A DNA stretch of 64,000 bases from Clostridia bacterium (lineage in GTDB: Bacteria; Bacillota; Clostridia; TANB77; CAG-508). Position 1 is the stretch's first letter. Each line of letters begins with the position of its first letter. Below, piece after piece: positions 52,189 through 62,797 of this stretch. Under the pieces are notes generated by a model. The model was not told where the DNA came from. It did no database searches and worked only from the letters and a program-made list of their open reading frames with translations. The DNA is taken from contig JAFXOY010000160.1 of NCBI GenBank assembly GCA_017528375.1, forward strand, positions 37,398-101,397, read 5' to 3'. The translations under genes were made by a program, and so were the position numbers.

Positions 52189-53621
52189 ATAATCTCCTTT
52201 GATTCATATTCTCTAAATAATTGTATTAATATAACTGAAATGTAAATGCTTACTGCAGGAGCAACTAATGTATGACCTGCAACCGCACATATTAAGCCAT
52301 TTAAAATAATAATAATATAACAAAATTTATAATCATCTTTTAATAATAAGATTATTTTATTTTTTATTACTCTTTTAATTACTATTACTGCAATTATTAT
52401 AGCAGGAAGAAAATAAATTATAAACCCTAAAATGCCAAAATTATATAAAATATCAAAATAATCCGTTTCTATTAAATATTCGTCATTATTTTCAATATCA
52501 ATTCTGCCTAATCCAATTATTTTTGTTATAATATTTGAATTGCCGAATTTTATATTTATATTAGACATAGTTTCTAGCCTTCCACTATGAATAATTGTTG
52601 CAATTTCGTCATTTGTAAGATTTACATCTTCAATTTTCTCTTTAGTTTGTTCCTGACTTTGTTCTTGTTTTACATTATTTTGATTTTCATCATTATCAAC
52701 ACTTATAGTAGTATTTTCTTCCGAATTTTCTATAACATTCTCTGGAGCAGGATCTGCACTTGATTCAACTACTTCCTGCTTATCCCTTGTTGCAATTAAA
52801 AAGTTTTTATAAATATCAAAGTTTTTCATTACTGGAGATGTTATAAATATGACAGAAAAAACACATATCAATCCTACACCAGCGCACAATGATTTAATAT
52901 AATTTTTATCTTTTGTGCTTATATATTGAATTAAATAAAACATTAAAAATGCAATTATTGCAATTATTGCAGAAACAGCTGGCATTTTAGTACCTATCTG
53001 CAAAACCGTATAAAAACTAACAATTATTAATCCAAAATATACCGCAATATTTTTTATATATTTATAACTAAAAACTATTAATACAATCAAAATTGAAAAT
53101 ATGCTACTTATCTCATTTGCTGAGAAGAACCAACCTATTGTTCCAATTTTATCTTCTGCGTAACTTTCATATCCCAAGTTTAATATACTCGGTAAAAATA
53201 GTAATAAAATGTATTCTATCATAACAAAAAATAATAATTTTAAGTCGATTTTATAATCTTTTGTTTCAACATAATTTAATAAAGTTATTATACAAATTGG
53301 AAAATAGAATGCTTTTATTAACCCTTTTGCCTCTGCCAATATGTACGAACTTCCTTTATTTATATAAACATTAACCATAAAAAATATTGAATACAAAATA
53401 AACATTGCTAAATATGATATTGTTATCTTTTTGTATTTATAACTACTTTTAACTAACGTAAACATTGTCATAAAAAATAGAAGAAAAGACCTTATAATAA
53501 GGCCTAAAGATATATCTATGTTTAACGTTCTTTGGGATACTGATGTTAATATATCAATAATTGGGCTTAAAATTAGTACAATTTCTAGTATATTAAATTT
53601 TTTATATATCAAATTCTTCAT
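52185..53621 (-). CDS. O-antigen polymerase/ligase-like polytopic membrane protein
   Basis: 478 aa, more than 10 TM helices, with an acidic extracytoplasmic loop. Its position in the polysaccharide locus supports the call. Confidence 0.5.
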   Translation of the reverse strand: MKNLIYKKFNILEIVLILSPIIDILTSVSQRTLNIDISLGLIIRSFLLFFMTMFTLVKSSYKYKKITISYLAMFILYSIFFMVNVYINKGSSYILAEAKGLIKAFYFPICIITLLNYVETKDYKIDLKLLFFVMIEYILLLFLPSILNLGYESYAEDKIGTIGWFFSANEISSIFSILIVLIVFSYKYIKNIAVYFGLIIVSFYTVLQIGTKMPAVSAIIAIIAFLMFYLIQYISTKDKNYIKSLCAGVGLICVFSVIFITSPVMKNFDIYKNFLIATRDKQEVVESSADPAPENVIENSEENTTISVDNDENQNNVKQEQSQEQTKEKIEDVNLTNDEIATIIHSGRLETMSNINIKFGNSNIITKIIGLGRIDIENNDEYLIETDYFDILYNFGILGFIIYFLPAIIIAVIVIKRVIKNKIILLLKDDYKFCYIIIILNGLICAVAGHTLVAPAVSIYISVILIQLFREYESKEII

Positions 53622-53633
53622 ATATTTCCTCTA

Positions 53634-54599
53634 TTATTTTAACCAATCTTTATTTTCTAAATACCAATCTATTGTTTTTACGATTCCGTCTTCAAATTTT
53701 GTTTTAGGCTCCCAACCTAATTCGTTTTTAATCTTTGTAGGATCGATTGCATATCTGTAATCATGTCCTTTTCTGTCTTCAACATAAGTAATTAAGCTTT
53801 CTGGTTTATTTAAATGTTTTAATATTAATTTAACAATTTCAATATTTCTTTTCTCATTATGACCACCTATATTGTATCTTTCTCCAGCTTTACCATTATG
53901 TAAGACTAAATCAATTGCTTCACAGTGATCTTCTACATATAACCAATCACGAATGTTTAATCCTTCACCATAAACAGGTAATTTTTCATCATTTAATGCA
54001 AGTTTAATCATGTGAGGAATTAATTTTTCATTATGTTGGTATGGTCCATAATTGTTTGAGCAATTTGTTACAGAAACGTTCATCTTAAATGTTTCATGAT
54101 ATGCTAAAGCAATTAAATCTGAACCAGCTTTAGAAGCTGAATATGGGCTGTTTGGCTGAATTGGAGATTTTTCTGTGAAATATCCTTCTTCTCCAAGTGT
54201 TCCATATACTTCATCTGTTGAAATATGTACAAATTTATTTGGTGAGCCTTCTCCCCAAACTCTTTTTGCAACTTCCAATAAGGTATGTGTACCAATTACA
54301 TTTGTTTGAGTAAATATAAATGGTGTTTTAATACTATTATCAACGTGTGACTCAGCCGCAAAATGAACAACACTATCAATATTATATTTTTCAAAAGTTT
54401 CTGTAACTTTTTCTAAATCACAAATATCTCCTTGTACAAATGTTATTTTATCTTGTACTTTCTTAAGATTGTCCATATTTCCAGCATAAGTTAATTTGTC
54501 GAATACAACAATATTATAATCTGGATGTTTGTTAACCATAAATTCTGCGAAATTACTTCCTATAAAACCAGCAGCACCTGTTACTAATATGTTTTTCAT
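53634..54599 (-). CDS. rfbB: dTDP-glucose 4,6-dehydratase
   Basis: MKNILVTGAAGFIGSNF...HISTDEVYG...YSASKA... Confidence 0.95.
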   Translation of the reverse strand: MKNILVTGAAGFIGSNFAEFMVNKHPDYNIVVFDKLTYAGNMDNLKKVQDKITFVQGDICDLEKVTETFEKYNIDSVVHFAAESHVDNSIKTPFIFTQTNVIGTHTLLEVAKRVWGEGSPNKFVHISTDEVYGTLGEEGYFTEKSPIQPNSPYSASKAGSDLIALAYHETFKMNVSVTNCSNNYGPYQHNEKLIPHMIKLALNDEKLPVYGEGLNIRDWLYVEDHCEAIDLVLHNGKAGERYNIGGHNEKRNIEIVKLILKHLNKPESLITYVEDRKGHDYRYAIDPTKIKNELGWEPKTKFEDGIVKTIDWYLENKDWLK

Positions 54600-54619
54600 A
54601 TTTTAATCTTCCTTTCTTT

Positions 54620-54652
54620 TGAAACATTTGGGGACGGACTCAAAATGTTTCA
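54620..54652. repeat. family A single unit (perfect 33-nt hairpin form) between rfbC and rfbB
   Basis: TGAAACATTTGGGGACGGACTCAAAATGTTTCA, with self-complementary ends TGAAACATTTTG / CAAAATGTTTCA. Confidence 0.9.
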
Positions 54653-54654
54653 AT

Positions 54655-55233
54655 TTATAAATTTTTAAATAAATCTGTTTCTTTTAATTCTTTTAATGAT
54701 GGCCAAAGTGCATCTTTTTCAGATGTAATTAAATCTTCCTTTTTCAAGTCTCCCATTGGCCAAACTATATTTACATCTGGATCATCAAATTTTAATCCAC
54801 CTTCTGCTGAATGATTGTAAACATCATCACATTTATATGCAAACTCTGCTTCATCAGATAAAACTAAAAATCCATGTGCAAAACCTTTTGGTATCATAAA
54901 CATTTTCTTATTTTCTTCTGTTAATACAACACCTTCCCATTTTCCATAAGTTTTACTTCCTGGTCTTAAGTCTACGGCCACATCAAATACTTCACCTTTA
55001 ATACATCTTACAAGCTTTGCTTGAGTATTTTCTTTTTGGAAATGTAAGCCTCTTAATACGCCTTTTTTTGATTTTGATTGATTATCTTGTACAAAATCAT
55101 AATTTAATCCTATTTCTTCGAAATCAGCTTTACTGTATGTTTCCATGAAGTATCCTCTGTTATCTCCAAAAACAGTTGGTTCTAATACGCATACTCCTTC
55201 AATTGAAGTATCTATTCTTTTGAATTTTCCCAT
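54655..55233 (-). CDS. rfbC: dTDP-4-dehydrorhamnose 3,5-epimerase
   Basis: VFGDNRGYFMETY...LRGLHFQ...QAKLVRCI.GEVFDVAVDLR... Confidence 0.95.
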   Translation of the reverse strand: MGKFKRIDTSIEGVCVLEPTVFGDNRGYFMETYSKADFEEIGLNYDFVQDNQSKSKKGVLRGLHFQKENTQAKLVRCIKGEVFDVAVDLRPGSKTYGKWEGVVLTEENKKMFMIPKGFAHGFLVLSDEAEFAYKCDDVYNHSAEGGLKFDDPDVNIVWPMGDLKKEDLITSEKDALWPSLKELKETDLFKNL

Positions 55234-55254
55234 TTTTTATCATCCTTTCGTTTT

Positions 55255-55370
55255 TGCACAATTGGGGACGCGTCCCCGCTGTGCATTTTGCACAGCTAGG
55301 GACGGGTAAGGTTGCTGACGTGTCCCTGACTGTGCATTTTGCACAGTTGGGACGCGTCCCCAATTGTGCA
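55255..55370. repeat. family B element, full length (116 nt) between rfbA and rfbC
   Basis: Same three-hairpin architecture as 16101-16217, differing at roughly a dozen positions. The terminal arms TGCACAATTGGGGACGCG / CGCGTCCCCAATTGTGCA are perfectly complementary. There is a 1-nt gap to the rfbA stop codon. Confidence 0.9.
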
Positions 55371-55371
55371 A

Positions 55372-56262
55372 TTATTCTTCTCCAAATTTGTTTTCTGCTA
55401 AATCTTTTAAATATCTTCCATAATCAGTTTTCATATATTTTTGTGCTAGTTCTAATAATTGCTCTGCGTTAATCCATCCATTTTTGAAGGCGATTTCTTC
55501 TGGGCAGCTTATTTGAAGTCCTTGTCTTTTTTGAATTGTTTGTACAAAGCTTGCTGTTTCTAGTAATGCGTCATGTGTACCAGTGTCAAACCATGTCATT
55601 CCTCTTCCAAGTTTTTCAACTTTTAATTTGCCTAATTTCATGTATTCTTCATTTACTGTTGTTATTTCTAATTCTCCCCTTGCAGATGGTTTGACATTTT
55701 TTGCAATTTCTATTACATCATTTGTATAGAAATATAATCCTGGAACTGCATAATTTGATTTTGGTTTTTCAGGTTTTTCTTCAATTGAAATAGCTTTTCC
55801 GTCTTTATCTATTTCAACAACCCCATATGCTGTTGGGTCCTTTACATAGTATCCAAATATTGTAGCTTCATCTTCTCTTTCCATTGCATTTTTAAGAACT
55901 TTATTTAATCTCTCACCATAAAACATGTTGTCACCAAGAATCATTGCTACATTGTCTTCTCCAATAAAATCTTCTCCTATTATAAAGGCTTCTGCTAATC
56001 CATTTGGCTTTTCTTGAACTTTATATTCGAAATGCATTCCCCATTGAGATCCATCTCCTAGTAAACTTTCAAAAGTAACAACATCTCTTGGAGTTGAAAT
56101 TATTAATACATCCTTTATTCCAGCATTCATTAAAACTGATAATGGATAATAAATCATAGGCTTGTCATAAACTGGCATTATTTGCTTTGAAATTGCAATT
56201 GTTAATGGGTATAAACGAGTTCCACTTCCACCTGCTAAAATTATACCTTTTCTATTCTTCAT
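55372..56262 (-). CDS. rfbA: glucose-1-phosphate thymidylyltransferase
   Basis: The start at 56262 gives [37 protein letters not shown]. Confidence 0.95.
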   Translation of the reverse strand: MKNRKGIILAGGSGTRLYPLTIAISKQIMPVYDKPMIYYPLSVLMNAGIKDVLIISTPRDVVTFESLLGDGSQWGMHFEYKVQEKPNGLAEAFIIGEDFIGEDNVAMILGDNMFYGERLNKVLKNAMEREDEATIFGYYVKDPTAYGVVEIDKDGKAISIEEKPEKPKSNYAVPGLYFYTNDVIEIAKNVKPSARGELEITTVNEEYMKLGKLKVEKLGRGMTWFDTGTHDALLETASFVQTIQKRQGLQISCPEEIAFKNGWINAEQLLELAQKYMKTDYGRYLKDLAENKFGEE

Positions 56263-56295
56263 AAAATCTACTTCCTTTCTGTTCTGCATTTATAT

Positions 56296-57156
56296 TTACA
56301 TTCTTCCTTCTTTTTTTAGATATCTCTTTAGCGCATCTTCCCAATTTGGAATTTCTATTCCGTTTGAAAGTAATTTATTCTTAGATAATTGTGAATTTTT
56401 AGGTCTATTAGCTGATGTCGGATATTGTTTTGAATATTCTTCAGATGTTATTGGATTTACTTTTGTTGATATATTTGATAATTCAAAAATCTTTTTAGTA
56501 AACTCACTCCATGTTGTAAACTCTTGGTTTGTTGAATGATATATTCCAAATGGAATTTTCTTTTCTATAGCTTGATATATAATGCTTGTTAAATCCTCTG
56601 TATATGTTGGACTTCCATGTTGATCACATACTACACTTATTTCATCACGAGTTTCACTTAATGTTAGCATTGTTCTTACAAAGTTCTTTCCTTCACCATA
56701 TAACCATGCTGTTCTAAATATGTAATATTTATCACAATTATTCGCTATTGCTTGCTCTCCATGCAATTTTGTACGACCATATGCTGTAACTGGACCAGTT
56801 GCATCTTCCTCAGTATATGCCTTTTCAACATCTAAATCTCCTGGAAAAACATAATCTGTGCTAATATGTACTAGTATAGCATTGTTTTCTTTAGCTGCTA
56901 ATGCCAAGTTTTTAGGCCCATCAGCATTTATTTTTTCAGCTAGTTCCTCATTTTCTTCAGCTTTATCGACAGCTGTATATGCTGCACAGTTTATAATATA
57001 ATCAGGTTTTACACGTGCTATAAAATCTTTTACTGCTTGCTCGTTTGTTATATCTAAATCTTGTACATCTGTAAGAATTAGTTCATTTTTCTTTTCAAAT
57101 TTTTCTTTTACTGCTTGTGCAAGCATTCCTTTTGCTCCTGTGATTAGTATTTTCAT
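56296..57156 (-). CDS. rfbD: dTDP-4-dehydrorhamnose reductase
   Basis: MKILITGAKGMLAQ...NCAAYTAVDKAE...; 286 aa. Confidence 0.9.
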   Translation of the reverse strand: MKILITGAKGMLAQAVKEKFEKKNELILTDVQDLDITNEQAVKDFIARVKPDYIINCAAYTAVDKAEENEELAEKINADGPKNLALAAKENNAILVHISTDYVFPGDLDVEKAYTEEDATGPVTAYGRTKLHGEQAIANNCDKYYIFRTAWLYGEGKNFVRTMLTLSETRDEISVVCDQHGSPTYTEDLTSIIYQAIEKKIPFGIYHSTNQEFTTWSEFTKKIFELSNISTKVNPITSEEYSKQYPTSANRPKNSQLSKNKLLSNGIEIPNWEDALKRYLKKEGRM

Positions 57157-57177
57157 ATTCCCAATTCCTCTCTTTTT

Positions 57178-57546
57178 TTATTTATCATCAATTTGTTGCT
57201 TTTTTTCAAGCTCATTTACTCTTTCTTTTAGAATTGAAAGTTCTTGAATCAATTTTACATTTTTTCTATGTAGGTCTGATGTAATAATCATAAGTTGAAA
57301 AATCAAGTATAAAATCATAAAAATCGATAAGCAAAACAACATATTTGAAGTTACTTCAAACCCTAAGAAACTTGATATTTTCCCCATTAAAGAAGGAGTT
57401 GCCAATGCAATAATCATTGCAATTCCAGTAAATATAGAAAAAATTGAAAATGATAACTGCAATTTTCCGTCTTTAATGTTTTTTACAATAATTAAAATTG
57501 CCAAAATGATAATCACAATAAAACCAATTTTTAAATTAACTGTCAT
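57178..57546 (-). CDS. DUF2304-like small membrane protein
   Basis: 122 aa, three TM helices plus a C-terminal coiled coil. It lies directly after a GT2 gene, the usual DUF2304 context. Confidence 0.6.
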   Translation of the reverse strand: MTVNLKIGFIVIIILAILIIVKNIKDGKLQLSFSIFSIFTGIAMIIALATPSLMGKISSFLGFEVTSNMLFCLSIFMILYLIFQLMIITSDLHRKNVKLIQELSILKERVNELEKKQQIDDK

Positions 57547-58266
57547 TTATTTCACCCTTTTCTTCTTATTTAAACTATCAATTAATATTGCTAAAGAAAC
57601 TTTAACCATATAACTAATTGATTTCCATGCATGTATTGAAGAAACCCCTTCTTTTCTTTCATTCATACTTACAGGTACTTCCATAATTTTATACCTTGCT
57701 TTATTTAAATTTACCAATGATTCAGGTTCAGGATAATCTGTTGGATAATCCTCTGCAAATAATTTAATTATATTTTTATCAACAGCTCTAAATCCTGAAG
57801 TAGGATCTGTTACTTTTTCCCTAATAAATATTCTTAACATTATAGATATAATATTTTTTCCAAGCCTTCTCATAAATGTTGATTTAAACTTGCTTGTTGA
57901 GTTATCTAAATATCTTGAACCTATACAAATATTAGCATTTCCATCAATAATAGGTTGGCAAATATTTTTAACATAATTCACATCATGTTGACCATCCCCA
58001 TCAAATTGAACAGCAATATCATATCCATTATAATAAGCATATTTGTAGCCAGTTTGAACGGCTCCACCTATTCCTAAATTTTGTATTAAATTAATATGAT
58101 TAATATTGTTATCTTGTAACACTTTTAATGTATTATCCTTTGAACCGTCATTAATTACAATATAATCATAGTTTTCTTTATTTTCCTTTATAGAATTCAC
58201 TGTATTTATAATGTTTTTTTCTTCATTATATGCAGGTATAATAAGTAAAATTCGACTTTTTTCCAT
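57547..58266 (-). CDS. GT2-family polyprenol-phosphate glycosyltransferase (GtrB/DPM1-like)
   Basis: ATG 58266 gives MEKSRILLIIPAYNEE...VINDGSKDNT...QFDGDGQHD. Confidence 0.8.
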   Translation of the reverse strand: MEKSRILLIIPAYNEEKNIINTVNSIKENKENYDYIVINDGSKDNTLKVLQDNNINHINLIQNLGIGGAVQTGYKYAYYNGYDIAVQFDGDGQHDVNYVKNICQPIIDGNANICIGSRYLDNSTSKFKSTFMRRLGKNIISIMLRIFIREKVTDPTSGFRAVDKNIIKLFAEDYPTDYPEPESLVNLNKARYKIMEVPVSMNERKEGVSSIHAWKSISYMVKVSLAILIDSLNKKKRVK

Positions 58267-58291
58267 ATTTATCTCCAAACTTTTTTAAATT

Positions 58292-59716
58292 TTAATTACA
58301 CCAAAATCTTAACAATATTGTTATACAAGAAATTGTAAGTATTACGCTTGAAACAACATAACTATTTTCTAATACTTTACTTAAAAACGTTTTTACTTTT
58401 GCGCTTTTTACTAAAACTTTATTAGATAATAGTGTTATAGCTATTGGAATTAATGGCAAGAAATATCTTCCTTGTACCCCAGTTATTGATTCTGCTCCAA
58501 TTCCATAACCTTCCATAATGCTTGTCCAGAACAAATACATTGCTAAGAAGATTCCAAATATTGAAGCAATTATTCCTAAAATAGCCACAATTTTATACTT
58601 CCAATTAAACTTCTTTTCCTCTAAACTTACATCAGATAGCACAATAAATGTAAACACAATACTATACATTACTGTAACCGCTGTAACCATAAATGTATCT
58701 GATAATCCAAATATTCCAAACATTCCAGTATAATAATAATTACGTCCACCTAACATTGTATTTATCCAAATTTTTATATAATATATTGGATGTTGAATAA
58801 CCATTTGCAATTGTTGCATTGCTGCTATACTATCATCACTTGTTGTTTCTTTCAAGAATAGTGATGGAATTTTATTAATAGCATAAATTCCTAAAACAAT
58901 TCCAGCCATTATTGCTAAATTCTTAAATATATTTTTTACTGGTTTATCTCCAAATTTTTCTTTTGGAATAAAAATCAAAGGCAATAGAGCTGTTATATAT
59001 ACTGTTTTTACTGATAATAAAATAAATCCCATTATTCCTAAAGCAACTGCATACTTATACGTAATTTTCTTTACATTATCATCAAAAATCAATTTAAAAA
59101 TCAAAGCTGTACTCAATAATGTAATGCCTATTAAAACACTATCATAAGATATTGCCGCTGCAAGAGATAAACTCATAGGAATAAGCCCTATTAAACAAAA
59201 TGTTTTCTTTAAAATCGGTGTTGTTTTTATTGCTAGCCCAACTAATATAATATATAAAATTAAGCTAAAAAATCTAGCAAAATACAACATATTAACTATT
59301 GATATATTCTTTAATCCTATTATATGAGACACACATCTAGAAAAAACAATTCCTAAAGCAGGTGCAGCATACACAACAGGCGTTGTTTCTACAGTTGAAA
59401 AGTTTTGAAATGAACTTTCTGAGTATTCAACAGGAATTCTGTCATCACATACTAATTCATTATAAGAATACTTTCTATTTCTATCTCCTATAAAAGTCAA
59501 TTTATCGTTTATGTAATCTACCATTTTATTTGGAAGATTAAAACCTACTTTACCATCTTGTGTTGTTGGATAAAATTTTCCATAAGAAACTACATATGCC
59601 CTTTTAAAATGGCTATCTTCATCTGGTGATTGAAAAGGTGGTATTAATACTAAAAGTATAGTACCAAAAATCAATGCACAATATATAAAAAATTTTACCG
59701 GACTCATTTTTAACAT
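58292..59716 (-). CDS. DUF2142-like polytopic membrane protein (putative glycosyltransferase C type)
   Basis: GGAGG then ATG 59716. MLKMSPVKFFIYCALIFGTILLVLIPPFQSPDEDSHFKRAY. Confidence 0.6.
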   Translation of the reverse strand: MLKMSPVKFFIYCALIFGTILLVLIPPFQSPDEDSHFKRAYVVSYGKFYPTTQDGKVGFNLPNKMVDYINDKLTFIGDRNRKYSYNELVCDDRIPVEYSESSFQNFSTVETTPVVYAAPALGIVFSRCVSHIIGLKNISIVNMLYFARFFSLILYIILVGLAIKTTPILKKTFCLIGLIPMSLSLAAAISYDSVLIGITLLSTALIFKLIFDDNVKKITYKYAVALGIMGFILLSVKTVYITALLPLIFIPKEKFGDKPVKNIFKNLAIMAGIVLGIYAINKIPSLFLKETTSDDSIAAMQQLQMVIQHPIYYIKIWINTMLGGRNYYYTGMFGIFGLSDTFMVTAVTVMYSIVFTFIVLSDVSLEEKKFNWKYKIVAILGIIASIFGIFLAMYLFWTSIMEGYGIGAESITGVQGRYFLPLIPIAITLLSNKVLVKSAKVKTFLSKVLENSYVVSSVILTISCITILLRFWCN

Positions 59717-59718
59717 TA

Positions 59719-61887
59719 CTATTCCTCCATAACATATAGATTTACTACATCTTTTTCTATTTCTGACCATTCTCTTTTTTGGGCAGTTTCTAAACCATTT
59801 TTAATTAGTTTTTCTCTTAATTCTTTATCATTACTTAATCTTTCTATTTGTTTTACAGCTTGTTCAACATTTCCTTGTTCATAAAATAAGCAATTATATT
59901 CATCTTGTAAATATTCGACATTTCCCTCATTTGGAGCAACTACAACAAGTCCTCCTGTTGCCATCATTTCTAATGGTGGATATGAAAAGCTTTCTAGAAT
60001 ACTAGATTTGATTAATATATCACAACTAGAATATACTTTTCCAACTTCATCAAAAGGAACTCTATGCATGAAATTATCTACGTAATACCATTTTTTAGGT
60101 TTACCTTGATATGATAAGAAATTAATTTCATACTTGCTCTTATCTAATTTTTCAACAATTTTAAAGCTTTCATCTACATTTTTATAATAATCTGCACTAT
60201 TTCCTTCTACTAGTATTTTTATTTTTCCATCAAACTTTCTTTCTCTAAAAGGAAATTGCTTTATATTTATTCCGTTCGGTACATATTTACAATCTTTATG
60301 ATAATCATCCTTCAACCAGTTTTCACACCATTTAGAAATTGTCAAATAGTTAACTGGAATAAATGAATTATAAGTTGCATTTGCCATTATTTTCAAATAA
60401 TTTCCATTTTCAAAGAAATTTGTTTCAAAATTTTGAACCAAATATGATCTATTCAAAACATTTGGATATTCTTTAACAAATTGTAAGGTAGACCATAATG
60501 TAGCAACCATAGTATTAATTTGCGCTTCATAACTTACATTTTTTAATTTTAAAACTCTTACAATTCCATCTTTATTAACTATGTCATCATCATTATTATC
60601 CATGTTTATAAAGAATGCATCATATCCGGCTTTTTTTAAAATATTACAATGTTTTATAGCAACATTTACACCACCACTTATATTCGTAGTTGGTAAAACA
60701 AATGCTACATTTTTCTTTAATTTGCTTTGAATAAAATCACAAAGTCCTAATCCTGTATATGTTGTTACTTTATTTTTAATAACTGCATTAAATGCATTAT
60801 TAGCAATCTTATTTCTGTATTGTTTGTCTTTAATTACTTTGCTTAATTTTTCATACCATTCTTCTTCATTGTTACATAATAAACCATCTTCACCATCTTT
60901 AATACATGTCTTAAAAGCTCCAAAATTGCTTGCAACTGTAACAACTTTGCAAAGTGCCGCTTCTACCCATTTGTTTTCTGATTTTGCTTCATTAAAAATA
61001 GATACCTCTAATGGGGCTAAATTAATATCTATTGAAGCTATTATTTTTGGTAATTCAAGCCATGAAACAAATGGTGCAGTTAAAATTCTTGATTTAAATT
61101 CTTGTAACTCTTCAGGAATGTCTAAAAGTCCTACTACTTTCAAATATAAATTGTCATTTTCTTTCATCAATCTTTGAACAACTGGTAAAATCATTTTAAA
61201 ATCATCATTATGTGTAATACTTCCACTTAAATAAGACATTATTACTTTAGATTCATCTTTTTGAACTTCATTCAATGCTTTTAAAGACATTTCTACCATT
61301 TTCTCTGAAGCAACATTTCTATTAATATAAACTTCTTTTACATAATTTTTTAATTCTTCAGCTAATCTTTCTGTAGTAGTAATAGCGTAATCACACATTC
61401 TTAAAGTTTGCTGAGTTCTATTAACTCCATCATTATATACAGCCAACTCTTCCTTTGTCATTGTTTTTAAATATTTTATTGTATCTGTATATTTTTGATC
61501 TATCACTAAATCATCTATATCAAAAAATACTGTTTTGTTTTCAGCTTTTGCTGTTTCAATGAATTCTTTAACTTCATTTGTAATAGGACATCTGAAGAAA
61601 ACAAATCCCCTATAATATTTAATATCATTTATATCAATTTTATCGTAATTAACTCTTTTGCAAGAAAATCCTGAAGCTTCAAGTTGTTCAATTTGATGAT
61701 CAACACGATATCTTTGTGGATGTGGTAATGTACACCCATTTATAAATAAAATATCTTTATATATTTTTTTATTGTCTTTTACTAAATGACCTTTAATAAA
61801 GTATTTACCCTTAATATATAATCCTTTAGCACCTTCAATTTTTAAAGTTTCAATTGATTTTTTTGATAATTCTTTTATCCTACTCAT
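59719..61887 (-). CDS. large multidomain glycosyltransferase (rhamnan-type, RgpF/GT4-like)
   Basis: 722 aa. Two Rossmann-like GT modules with a C-terminal E..SYPPLEMMATGG motif. Confidence 0.6.
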   Translation of the reverse strand: MSRIKELSKKSIETLKIEGAKGLYIKGKYFIKGHLVKDNKKIYKDILFINGCTLPHPQRYRVDHQIEQLEASGFSCKRVNYDKIDINDIKYYRGFVFFRCPITNEVKEFIETAKAENKTVFFDIDDLVIDQKYTDTIKYLKTMTKEELAVYNDGVNRTQQTLRMCDYAITTTERLAEELKNYVKEVYINRNVASEKMVEMSLKALNEVQKDESKVIMSYLSGSITHNDDFKMILPVVQRLMKENDNLYLKVVGLLDIPEELQEFKSRILTAPFVSWLELPKIIASIDINLAPLEVSIFNEAKSENKWVEAALCKVVTVASNFGAFKTCIKDGEDGLLCNNEEEWYEKLSKVIKDKQYRNKIANNAFNAVIKNKVTTYTGLGLCDFIQSKLKKNVAFVLPTTNISGGVNVAIKHCNILKKAGYDAFFINMDNNDDDIVNKDGIVRVLKLKNVSYEAQINTMVATLWSTLQFVKEYPNVLNRSYLVQNFETNFFENGNYLKIMANATYNSFIPVNYLTISKWCENWLKDDYHKDCKYVPNGINIKQFPFRERKFDGKIKILVEGNSADYYKNVDESFKIVEKLDKSKYEINFLSYQGKPKKWYYVDNFMHRVPFDEVGKVYSSCDILIKSSILESFSYPPLEMMATGGLVVVAPNEGNVEYLQDEYNCLFYEQGNVEQAVKQIERLSNDKELREKLIKNGLETAQKREWSEIEKDVVNLYVMEE

Positions 61888-61921
61888 ATGTATACTCCTT
61901 TATAGCATTTTATAATTAGTA

Positions 61922-62797
61922 TTAATTACTATATCTATACTTTCCTGTAATTCCTTTTTTATAATCTAAATATCCTCTTAAACAATTCCTTATTTTTCTG
62001 TATTTATCTTTTTCAAAAAGTAATATAGTTATAATATTTCTCTTTTGTTTTGCAATTCTATCGACATATTCCTTGTTGTAATCTTGATACATATCTCTAA
62101 TATATAAATAATTTCTAACCATATAATATCTTCTTAAATAGTTGTGATTTGTACAAAGTATGTCCTTTTCCCATAGTAAGTTTTTATACTTAATATCTCC
62201 TAGATTATGATCTATTGTAACATCATTTAGTCTCATAATTTTATAGCCATTTTTATTTAGATTTAATCCAAATTCAATATCAATACCATCAATAAACATC
62301 CAATCTTTATATCCTCCAACCTTTTGGTAAGCATCTAAATTGACCAAATTCCCAGATGTCATTACTTCAAGTGGATAATCAATACTTTCAGTTGGCTTAT
62401 TAATTATCAATTTTGTATCATGCCAAGGCGTTACAATTCCGACGTTTGTAGTGTCATGAGTTTCAATTGCATTTTTCAATCTGCTAATAGTATCAAATTT
62501 AAATTTTGTATCCTGATCCATTGTAAGTAACCATGAATATCCTTCTTGAATTGCTTTTTGAGCACCCATGTTTAATGCCTTGCTAACACCTATGTTATCA
62601 TTATTGAAGATATATACTATCTTTGCATTCTTAGGTAGACTATCATCATTTCTACTTTTAGAATTATCTATAACATATAAAACATCTATATCTTCAATAT
62701 ATGAATTTATATTATTTAATTCATTTGGAGTAGGTTCATATAAAACAACTACTCCTGCTATTTTTCCGTATTGACATTTTATCCTCCAATTAAACAA
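61922..62797 (-). CDS. GT2-family glycosyltransferase (rhamnosyltransferase-like); start uncertain
   Basis: ...KIAGVVVLYEPTP...VIDNS... GT2 core. The only in-frame start is TTG 62797, which has no SD. A GGAGG-led ATG at 62777 is in the -1 frame relative to the ORF (see findings). Confidence 0.7.
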   Translation of the reverse strand: MFNWRIKCQYGKIAGVVVLYEPTPNELNNINSYIEDIDVLYVIDNSKSRNDDSLPKNAKIVYIFNNDNIGVSKALNMGAQKAIQEGYSWLLTMDQDTKFKFDTISRLKNAIETHDTTNVGIVTPWHDTKLIINKPTESIDYPLEVMTSGNLVNLDAYQKVGGYKDWMFIDGIDIEFGLNLNKNGYKIMRLNDVTIDHNLGDIKYKNLLWEKDILCTNHNYLRRYYMVRNYLYIRDMYQDYNKEYVDRIAKQKRNIITILLFEKDKYRKIRNCLRGYLDYKKGITGKYRYSN

